A DNA stretch of 10,244 bases from an uncultured Nitrososphaerota archaeon (GCA_964408285.1 CAYOYV010000026.1:1-10244); one strand, 5' to 3'. Positions 1-6,716 are shown, numbered from the stretch's first letter. A program made the numbers and translations. The notes: generated by a model from the sequence alone, not told the origin.

Positions 1-717
1 CAATTTCTTGAGCCACTGGAAATGTAGATTGAATTCGCTCCTCTCCGAGCCCTTGAAAAGTGGAATAACCGGAATTCCGGCTTCAACGAAATCGCAGGCA
101 GAAAGCGTGGCAAACGCCAAATTCATCAGATTCCGAGATTTTGGTGCATCGACATAAACCGGCATGTCCCATCCGACGACGCCATCGAACCCGCCCTGCT
201 TCAGAAGGTCCGAGCACGAATCGAACGAGCCCTCGGCCTCGAGTATTTTGTCCGGCATCACCGTCGATAGCAGAACGCTTCCATCGAATGCGAGGTATGA
301 GTGAACCCCCTGTTCCTTGACTTTATCGACGTGTTCGTTCTCGAAGTCCGGCGTTTGCAGTAAGAGCGTGTTTATTCCAAAATGTTTCCACTTGACCGAG
401 GGCGGACTATCGATTGAGATCATCGGGACGAATTTCGGAAGCTCGATAGCCGGTGGTGACCCATCCCAAGTATCGAGAAGTTCACCGAGCCGTTTGAAGC
501 GCCACATGTCCGGTTTGGAATAATGATCCGACTTCACACAATGGAACCTGTCGACACAGGTATCGCAGTCGCCCAGAAAATCCGGGATCCAGGCGCCCTT
601 CGAAATGCAGAGATTAACCAAACATCTTCGGCTGCGCGATTCGTCACAACCCGGGCACAGGTTATTGAGGTCGCAGTATTGGCAACTCTTTCCACATGTC
701 TGTGAAGGTGCGGTCAT
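1..717 (-). CDS. Partial CDS (3' end beyond the window): N-terminal Cys-rich metal-binding region plus DUF4417-like domain
   Basis: Hand translation from ATG at 717 gives 239 stop-free codons down to position 1: MTAPSQTCGKSCQYCDLNNLCPGCDESRSRRCLVNLC...DCDTCVDRFHC...GGFDGVVGWDMPVYVDAPKSRNLMNL...EAGIPVIPLFKG...QWLKKL. SD GGAGGAG at 728-722 (minus). DxxVYxDxP...GIPVIP resembles the DUF4417 signature (D-F-S-x-Y-x-D-x-P...G-x-x-V-I-P). The CDS is confident; the family less so. Confidence 0.8.
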   Translation of the reverse strand, partial: MTAPSQTCGKSCQYCDLNNLCPGCDESRSRRCLVNLCISKGAWIPDFLGDCDTCVDRFHCVKSDHYSKPDMWRFKRLGELLDTWDGSPPAIELPKFVPMISIDSPPSVKWKHFGINTLLLQTPDFENEHVDKVKEQGVHSYLAFDGSVLLSTVMPDKILEAEGSFDSCSDLLKQGGFDGVVGWDMPVYVDAPKSRNLMNLAFATLSACDFVEAGIPVIPLFKGSERSEFNLHFQWLKKL

Positions 718-1039
718 GTTACTCCTCCATCTAAACCGGAAAATCTCCACAACTTAGTTCACCGATTGAATTCATACCGGGCACGAATAATAAGCACGCG
801 AGTCCGGAACCGGGTTCCGAGTAATCGACAACTCGCCCGAAAACCCATCAAACGATTAGCTTCAGGTGCCTAGAGAAACGGTTGTGGCCCTTCTCCTCTA
901 GGGCATACCAACACGTATTACCCGCCAAAGCAACAAGCCAGAAACGGCTCCAGCGCGCCAGAATCCTAGAATCACGGCGTTCCACTCAGCTCACGACCTA
1001 TCGCACGCGTCAATTTCCGGTCCGCTAGCAACCACATCA

Positions 1040-1266
1040 ACCGGAACAGGGGAGAGATCAGCCTCCTACCGGAACAACCGTAAACCGGAACAACAGGTTA
1101 AGCCTGCAGCTCTGTGACCTCAACCCCAGCCATTGATATCAATCCGCAATGCAATCAAATCCGCATCAAACCCCAATCCTGCGGAACAGGGTGTAATCCG
1201 CAAAGACCCTCTCCCAAGCTGCAGAGCGCACGCGAGCCCAAGCGCAGCAAATCGCCGAGATCAGCC
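1040..1266. repeat. Cluster of short direct repeats in a divergent intergenic region
   Basis: ACCGGAACA at 1040, 1068, 1084 (ACCGGAACAAC at the last two); AATCCGCA at 1141, 1158, 1195; GAGATCAGCC at 1054 and 1257; CGGAACAGG at 1042 and 1182. Confidence 0.6.
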
Positions 1267-1302
1267 GGAAACCAAAATTCGCTTGATAGAGCACTGCATC
1301 AC

Positions 1303-1314
1303 AAGCCTTATATC
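1303..1314 (+). promoter_or_regulatory. Putative archaeal BRE/TATA promoter of the HTH-CBS gene (probably leaderless)
   Basis: AAGCCTTATATC with TTATAT at 1308-1313, ~25 nt before ATG 1338. No SD motif. A near-identical AAGCCTTTTATC occurs at 9147-9158. Confidence 0.55.
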
Positions 1315-1337
1315 AATCACTCAATCAATACAGCGCA

Positions 1338-1916
1338 ATGAGTAAGATCCCCACCGGCATGGAAATCAGGAATCTCAGGAAGTCCGCAGGCCTCACGCAG
1401 CAGCAGCTCGGGGAGATCACGGGGCTCTCGCAGGCGGTGATAGCAAGGATTGAGAGGGGCAGTATTGACCCCAAGGCCTCTGTTCTGCGCAAGATTATGA
1501 CCGTTCTGGAAACCAGGCAGAAGGCAACCCGGACTGCATCGGACGTAATGAGTCGCAGAGTGATATCAATCAATCACGATCAGCCGATATCAAAGGCAAT
1601 CGAACTCATGGCCGCATTTGGGGTCTCTCAACTCCCTGTACTGAGGGACGGAAGGCCAATCGGCGCCGTTGAAGAGGAGAACCTGGTGAATGTGCTTGCG
1701 AGCTACTTGGGCAACCCGGACATGTTCTACACAAGGCAGGCCGAGGAAGCAATCAGCTCAATGTTCCCGACCGTAAAGCCGGACACTTCGATTACCGAGT
1801 TATTGGACCTCTTATCCAAGGGCCATAATGGAGTTCTTGTGATCGAGGAAGACAGGGTTGCTGGCATAGTTACGAAGATCGATGTGCTCAAGGCACTGGC
1901 CGGAGGAGAGATGTGA
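1338..1916 (+). CDS. XRE-family HTH transcriptional regulator with C-terminal CBS pair (COG3620-like)
   Basis: N-terminal IRNLRKSAGLTQQQLGEITGLSQAVIARIERG (Cro/C1 HTH). Two CBS motifs: TASDVMSRRVISI...SQLPVL...GRPIGAV and PTVKPD...VLVIEEDRVAGIVTKIDVLK. Confidence 0.92.
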   Translation: MSKIPTGMEIRNLRKSAGLTQQQLGEITGLSQAVIARIERGSIDPKASVLRKIMTVLETRQKATRTASDVMSRRVISINHDQPISKAIELMAAFGVSQLPVLRDGRPIGAVEEENLVNVLASYLGNPDMFYTRQAEEAISSMFPTVKPDTSITELLDLLSKGHNGVLVIEEDRVAGIVTKIDVLKALAGGEM

Positions 1917-2428
1917 TGTTCTGGAAGAAGGACGACAAGACCAAGGACATCGAGGAACTCAGGCGCAAGATGGGCGACCTCGAGAACACTGCCAGGCACG
2001 TTGAGACCCTAAACAACCTCCTTCAAGAGAGAGTGGACCAACTCGCGCGCGACATTGAATACATCCGGGCTGCGACCATAAAGACGAACCAGGCCTTCGT
2101 CGAACTAGTGAGGACCCTTCAGGAACAGCAGAAAGTCCCAGCGACCGAAGTCAGGGGACAGCGCCAGAGAATGCCGAGGGCACCTAAGACAGCCATCCAA
2201 CAGGAACAAGGGGGCGCGCCTAAAACGGCTGAAGCCGATCAGCTAGAAACCACGATCTTGAATCTGCTGAAGGACGGAACCAACATGACGGCAATCGAGA
2301 TAACATCGAAGGTGAACAGGACGAGGGAGCACGTGAGCAGGGTGCTCAAGGACATGACCGTGACTGGAAAATTGGACAGGACAAAAACGGGGAAAGTCTT
2401 CGTGTATTCTATAGGACCTGCGTCTTGA
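1913..2428 (+). CDS. Coiled-coil plus C-terminal winged-HTH DNA-binding protein (start GTG 1913 or ATG 1916)
   Basis: Heptad-like N-terminus (IEELRRKMGDLENTARHVETLNNLLQERVDQLARDIEYI), Q/P-rich linker, then wHTH (TILNLLKD...MTAIEITSKVNRTREHVSRVLKDMTVTGKLDRTKTGKVFVYSI). SD GGAGGAG at 1902-1908. Start overlaps the upstream TGA. Confidence 0.85.
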   Translation: MMFWKKDDKTKDIEELRRKMGDLENTARHVETLNNLLQERVDQLARDIEYIRAATIKTNQAFVELVRTLQEQQKVPATEVRGQRQRMPRAPKTAIQQEQGGAPKTAEADQLETTILNLLKDGTNMTAIEITSKVNRTREHVSRVLKDMTVTGKLDRTKTGKVFVYSIGPAS

Positions 2429-2936
2429 CTGTGTCCCTTCGCATCCTGTATCTGAACGAACGTCCTGCCTTCATCCTATAGAGGAATCCCTTGTCAACAA
2501 GTCTAGACAGGTATGTGGAAATCATACTGAGGCTGATCTCATTCCCGAACCTCTGCTCATAGAACGCCCTCAGATCTAGGCTGGTGAACCAGTCGTCCGG
2601 TAATGAGCGAACGAGTACGAGCACATCGTTGATCTTGCTCCTCTCTTGCAGCTGGATTCCCGTCGGATCCGGGGAACGGAGCTCGTCGCGAACGGGCGGC
2701 CGGACCTTCGACGTACTCCTCACTATAGGCTCCACGGGCTCCCATGCTCCATCGAGCGTCTCCGCTGTGCCTTGGGGATTCTTCGGGATGAGGCCCACAA
2801 CTTTCGCCTTTCTAAGTCTCTCCACCATGAGAACGAATTTGGCGAGCGACCTGTCCGCCTGGTTTCCATCAAGGGTTACAGTAATCTTCGCCCCCTCCTC
2901 GTCCACGAACTCCGCCTTAAATCGCTCCCTCTTCAA
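2409..2936 (-). CDS. Small N-terminal beta domain plus C-terminal winged-HTH protein; likely start TTG 2936 rather than 3086
   Basis: C-terminal WFTSLDLRAFYEQRFGNEISLSMISTYLSRLVDKGFLYRMKAGRSFRYR is a wHTH pattern. The 3086-2937 extension is AT-richer and contains AAAAGGCGTTAAA (BRE/TATA-like) ~20-25 nt upstream of TTG 2936. Start is uncertain. Confidence 0.8.
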   Translation of the reverse strand: MKRERFKAEFVDEEGAKITVTLDGNQADRSLAKFVLMVERLRKAKVVGLIPKNPQGTAETLDGAWEPVEPIVRSTSKVRPPVRDELRSPDPTGIQLQERSKINDVLVLVRSLPDDWFTSLDLRAFYEQRFGNEISLSMISTYLSRLVDKGFLYRMKAGRSFRYRMRRDTVKTQVL

Positions 2937-3123
2937 TCTCCCGGATAGCCAGAGTTTAACGCCTTTTAACGCTAATTTCACACCTTTTCTTCCTCTGGAC
3001 CCTAATTCACATAGAAGCAGCGTGAAACCACCAGAATAACGAAATTTACACGAATTGGAAAAAACGCACTCAACCCTGTTAATCATCGAAGCTCATCTGC
3101 CAGATCTTTGGAAATCAGGTCAA

Positions 3124-3143
3124 TGCAGTGGAAACAGAGGGGT
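3124..3143 (+). promoter_or_regulatory. Origin recognition box (ORB) 1
   Basis: TGCAGTGGAAACAGAGGGGT matches the archaeal ORB consensus TCCAGTGGAAAC-nnn-GGGG with G-string. Confidence 0.88.
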
Positions 3144-3222
3144 CAACAGCAGATTAACTGTGAATGACCTGCGTGTCGAACGGACGCTTCCCGGAAGGTG
3201 CGCCGGTAGGGATATTCCCTCC

Positions 3223-3242
3223 ACCCCTTCGTTTCCACTGGA
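3223..3242 (-). promoter_or_regulatory. Origin recognition box (ORB) 2, inverted relative to ORB1
   Basis: Reverse complement is TCCAGTGGAAACGAAGGGGT, 17/20 identical to ORB1. G-strings face each other across 79 bp. Confidence 0.9.
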
Positions 3243-3523
3243 GCCCCGTTGTTAACCAACCGCCGAAAAAACCCGGTTTTAGCCATTTTAAGTGGAATCG
3301 CGTAATAAAACGAAAAGAGTAGAGTGAACGAGAAAAGACGAACCAAGCTGCATCGAAAGCAGTCTCGCGTCACTGTTTTCCTTACCTTCCCTTCTTCATG
3401 CATCTCGCTACCTACACAGGAAATAGACGGGTGTGGGTTCCGCGCATCATTGGATGATTAAGACGATAAAATTGCATGACTCTGTTTAATGTCGTGTGAC
3501 GACACCGGCCGGAATGGCGGACG

Positions 3524-4738
3524 ATGGCGAGCGATCATGGCGCCCAGGGGCTGGGAGATTATCTAGAATCTCTTATCTCGCGGAAATCCATATTCCTGGA
3601 CAGGGATGCTCTCAGGCATGAGTACTTGCCTTCTTCTCTGCCACATCGCGAGGAGGAATTGCGCAACATCGGAGAGATCCTGGCCCCCCTGTTGATGAAC
3701 AAGAAACCATCTAACGCTCTCATTTATGGAAAGACGGGCACAGGTAAGACCGCTTCAATCAAATTCACTTCTAACGTGATAGAGGAAAAGGCAAAGGGGC
3801 GCGGCACGAATTTCATCATGTCCTATGTCAATTGCCGCCTAGAGGGCACGGAGTACAGGACGCTTGCGGTCATAGCTGAGGCGTTGGGACTAACAATACC
3901 GTTTACAGGCCTTGCGACGAACGAGGTGTTGAAGAGAATCACGGAAAAGCTGAGGCACTCTGAGATCAGCTGTTTGATCGTTCTTGATGAAGTTGATGTA
4001 TTTGTGAGATCCTATGGTGACGACCTGCTGTATCAATTGACGCGGATGAATGAAACTTTGCCAACTTCGAGGGTTGCAATAATCGCGGTATCGAATGATA
4101 TCTCCTTTAAGGAACTCTTGGATCCGAGAGTTCTTAGCTCACTGAGCGAGGAGGAAGTCATATTCAAACCATATACGGCTGACGAGATCAAGGACATACT
4201 GCAAGCCAGGGTTTCACTTGGCTTCAACGATGGCGTGGTCTCACATGAAGTTGTCAATCTAGTCGCCGCATTGTCGGCGTCGGAACATGGGGACGCAAGA
4301 AGGGCGTTGAACCTGCTAAGGGTGGCCGGTGAAATCGCCGAGAGAGCTGGACTACTTAAGATCACAGCTGCAAACGTCAGGGAGGCAGTTCTGAAGATAG
4401 AGGAAGACCAAGTATTCGAGATTTGTCGCTCGCTTCCTTTACATTCGAGGTTGTTGCTCGCCGTTGTCCTCTCACTCGGCAAGAAAAACAAGGCTCCAAC
4501 GAGTGGCGAGATATTCACATCGTACAAACAACTCGTCGAGAAGCTGAAGCTCCCTGAACTGACCTACAGGCGCGTTGCGATGCTCCTCAATGAACTTGAG
4601 ATGGTTGGCCTAGTAGAAAGCAAGACCGTCAATTTGGGACGACATGGTCGAACTAGGAAGATGAGATTGGCAGCCGCGTCCGATCCTGTGAGGCGAGCCC
4701 TGCAGTCTGATGTGTTGGTCGCCCAATTGTTGGAGTAG
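3524..4738 (+). CDS. cdc6: Orc1/Cdc6 replication initiator (AAA+ ATPase plus C-terminal winged helix)
   Basis: IFLDRDALRHEYLPSSLPHREEE N-terminus, Walker A GKTGTGKT, YVNC, Walker B IVLDEVD, LDPRVLSSL, GDARRALNLLR, and C-terminal wing GRHGRT. Confidence 0.97.
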   Translation: MASDHGAQGLGDYLESLISRKSIFLDRDALRHEYLPSSLPHREEELRNIGEILAPLLMNKKPSNALIYGKTGTGKTASIKFTSNVIEEKAKGRGTNFIMSYVNCRLEGTEYRTLAVIAEALGLTIPFTGLATNEVLKRITEKLRHSEISCLIVLDEVDVFVRSYGDDLLYQLTRMNETLPTSRVAIIAVSNDISFKELLDPRVLSSLSEEEVIFKPYTADEIKDILQARVSLGFNDGVVSHEVVNLVAALSASEHGDARRALNLLRVAGEIAERAGLLKITAANVREAVLKIEEDQVFEICRSLPLHSRLLLAVVLSLGKKNKAPTSGEIFTSYKQLVEKLKLPELTYRRVAMLLNELEMVGLVESKTVNLGRHGRTRKMRLAAASDPVRRALQSDVLVAQLLE

Positions 4739-4765
4739 GAAATCCGGCACGTCTGTCGAGGTAAG

Positions 4766-4789
4766 ATTAAAATCATCTCGAAGATGATT
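4766..4789 (+). promoter_or_regulatory. Putative tRNA TATA box overlapped by an inverted repeat
   Basis: ATTAAAAT at 4766-4773, ~25-30 nt upstream of the tRNA 5' end. AATCATCT-CGA-AGATGATT at 4771-4789. Confidence 0.45.
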
Positions 4790-4797
4790 CCAACCTA

Positions 4798-4903
4798 GCC
4801 CCGGTTGCGTAGTCCGGTCCAACGCGCCAGACTCGAGATCTGGTTCTCCTCACGGGAGACCGCAGGTTCAAACGGCTGTGACCTGGAATTCCTGCCCGGG
4901 GCG
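4798..4903 (+). tRNA. tRNA-Ser(CGA) with a 17-nt intron (4873-4889) at position 59/60
   Basis: Acceptor GCCCCGG (4798-4804)/CCGGGGC (4896-4902), discriminator G, no encoded CCA. D stem GCGT/ACGC. Anticodon stem CCAGA/TCTGG with loop CT-CGA-GA. Long variable arm TCTCC/GGAGA. T stem GCAGG/CCTGC. T loop TTCAAA|T is restored after removing 4873-4889. Confidence 0.93.
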
Positions 4904-4966
4904 CTGACATGTTCCTATAATCGATTCGGTTGGCGAAAGGCTTCTAAACCGGACGACCATAGAAAG

Positions 4967-5467
4967 ATGTCGGGAACGCTGATGTCTGAGGAGAAGCAGG
5001 CCGAAATAAGAGATCTACAGGGGAAAGCAATCCATTACTTCTGCGACAGACCCGGGGACTTTCCTACAGGACGACCGTACAACTGCTGTGAGAGCGTACT
5101 TCTGGCATTGGCAGAGCACCTTCAAGTAAGTTCTGACCTGATACCGAGAATAGGCACTGCCATTGGTGCTGGTGTTGGGTTGAACGGGCTACTCTGCGGC
5201 TGTATCTCAAGCGTTGCTATGGCAACAGGTATCAGATTCGGGAGAGCGAGCTCCGAGGAAAGTCCAAAGGCAGCATGGGATAAGATCAGCAAGTACGTGG
5301 CCGCTTTCAACCAAGAGTTTGGAGCCATAAATTGTGGACAACTCACCGGCCTGAACCTACGGACGCCTGAGGGACTGAAGGAATATTACGCGAGGGTCCA
5401 TGACTATGAATGCACAAAAAGACTGAAGTTTGCAGTTGAGAGGGGGATAGAGCTTCTTTCGGAGTGA
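4967..5467 (+). CDS. C_GCAxxG_C_C family putative redox-active protein (start ATG 4967 or 4982, not 4805)
   Basis: YNCCESVL...GAGVGLNGLLCGCISS...FNQEFGAINCGQLTG...ECTK matches the family Cys spacing. The upstream extension of the listed ORF overlaps the tRNA. BRE/TATA-like GAAAGGCTTCTAAA at 4935-4948. Confidence 0.85.
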   Translation: MSGTLMSEEKQAEIRDLQGKAIHYFCDRPGDFPTGRPYNCCESVLLALAEHLQVSSDLIPRIGTAIGAGVGLNGLLCGCISSVAMATGIRFGRASSEESPKAAWDKISKYVAAFNQEFGAINCGQLTGLNLRTPEGLKEYYARVHDYECTKRLKFAVERGIELLSE

Positions 5468-5485
5468 AGACGGAGCGCGATAGAT

Positions 5486-5953
5486 GTGTATGCAGTGATT
5501 GAGGCAAAAGTAACGAGGGCCCGAGAGGCTCTCGGTGAGATTGGCTATATTGCGAAGGACATCTCTTGGCAGGAGTTCTACGATTACATGACAGGGGAGA
5601 TATTCTCTGATGACACCACAACTCTGGACGACGTTCTTGGCAACGAGTTCGTGATGGTGCACGAAACTGCGGAAATAAGTGAACTCAAGAAGATGGGAAA
5701 AACCATTGACAAGCGCGTGATCGTTGATTCACCGAGAACCACTGTATACGAGGCCCATTTCACAGCGATGGAATTAGAGCTAACCTACGCCCTGTTTAGG
5801 AAGGACTATTTCTGGATGAAGATGAGACTGCGACAGCACAAGGAGTCGGTCGTAGAGGATGATCCAAATCTACCGGAAAGCCTCAGGCCCCGAGCAGAGG
5901 AGATATTCAGAAAATTCAGTGATCTAGTGAGACAAAGCCGGAAGGGTAGTTGA
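5486..5953 (+). CDS. Hypothetical protein with HExxE...H motif (possible metal binding)
   Basis: 155 aa ORF in operon-like spacing. GGAG at 5472-5475 before the GTG. MVHETAEISELKK...YEAHFTA. Confidence 0.7.
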   Translation: MYAVIEAKVTRAREALGEIGYIAKDISWQEFYDYMTGEIFSDDTTTLDDVLGNEFVMVHETAEISELKKMGKTIDKRVIVDSPRTTVYEAHFTAMELELTYALFRKDYFWMKMRLRQHKESVVEDDPNLPESLRPRAEEIFRKFSDLVRQSRKGS

Positions 5954-5957
5954 ATCC

Positions 5958-6716
5958 ATGATCACCGAGCGGAAGAAAATATCTAATGAGAGAATCAGGG
6001 AGCTTGCGGAGAAAGCGTCCAAGTCACTACTTACAGGAGACTACACAAATTCAATCGGTCTTCTCAAGCCCCTACTGAACGCCAAAATCGCTTTCTCAAA
6101 ACTGGATCTCCTCGGTAGGGAGATCGGGGAGGCCTGCTGCCGGAAGCCAGAGGCACTTCTGACGGCATGCGACCAAATCGTAGCTTCCGAGACCATGGGC
6201 AGTTTCGTGGTTGCGAGCAGGGCACTGACCTGTTTATTGGACAAGGACCTAGAAACGGTGATGGAGAGAACCCGGGAGTACATCGTTAAGGGGAACAAAT
6301 GGTATGTTTGCGACATAATTGGTGAACGGAGCTTGGGGCAAGCTCTCGTGGATCACTTCGATAGGACCTTGCCTTGGCTCGCTCGGTTCCTCACAGACGA
6401 GAACAAGTGGGTGAAAAGAAGTACAGGCGTCGCAATTCATTATTTTAGCAAGAGGGTCATTAATGGGGCACAGAAGACCCAAAAGCTCTTGGAGTTACTG
6501 GAGCCCCATATCGAGGAAAAACAGCTTGATGTGATCAAGGGAATTGGATGGGGCCTCAAGACAATAGGCAAGCACCATCCTGATCTCTTGGTCCCCTTCT
6601 TGGAGAAACAACTCAAGGCCAAGAAGAAAATTTCGAAGCTAATGATAAAAAAGGCGCTGACGTATCTCGGAAAGGATAGGCGGTCGAGGTTAGAGAGACA
6701 TGTACAAGGTCTGTAG
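5958..6716 (+). CDS. AlkD-like HEAT-repeat DNA alkylation repair protein
   Basis: All-helical, with WYVCD, DENKWVKRS, and EEKQLDVIKGIGWGLKTIGKHHPDLLVPFL matching the W-x-x-x-D, W-x-R-R and (V)xKAIGWxL(R/K)xxGK motifs of the AlkD-like family. Confidence 0.85.
   Translation: MITERKKISNERIRELAEKASKSLLTGDYTNSIGLLKPLLNAKIAFSKLDLLGREIGEACCRKPEALLTACDQIVASETMGSFVVASRALTCLLDKDLETVMERTREYIVKGNKWYVCDIIGERSLGQALVDHFDRTLPWLARFLTDENKWVKRSTGVAIHYFSKRVINGAQKTQKLLELLEPHIEEKQLDVIKGIGWGLKTIGKHHPDLLVPFLEKQLKAKKKISKLMIKKALTYLGKDRRSRLERHVQGL

Larger units (their letters stand above)
2937..3523. other. Putative chromosomal replication origin (oriC)
   Basis: Long non-coding spacer directly upstream of orc1/cdc6 containing an inverted pair of ORB elements, with AT-richer flanks (~39% GC at 2951-3090, ~41% at 3261-3340, hand counts). 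Confidence 0.85.

Noticed and set aside
317-705. Plus-strand ORFs 317-523 and 523-705
   Set aside because: Antisense shadows of the longer minus-strand CDS 717->1, which has an SD and recognisable motifs.
1040-1202. Possible CRISPR array
   Set aside because: Repeats are only 8-11 bp with irregular spacing, and no cas genes are present.
1114-1345. ORFs 1114-1341 and 1133-1345
   Set aside because: They run through the repeat field and the putative promoter, with low-complexity translations and no start signals.
3100-3120. CCAGATCTTTGGAAATCAGG as a third ORB
   Set aside because: Only the TGGAAA core matches; spacing is wrong and there is no G-string.
2937-3403. N-terminal extension of the 2409-3086 ORF and ORFs 3055-3255 and 3143-3403
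   Set aside because: They overlap promoter-like and ORB sequences, and the translations are not protein-like.
4805-4966. First 54 codons of ORF 4805-5467
   Set aside because: They overlap the tRNA-Ser gene; family similarity begins only after Met 4967/4982.
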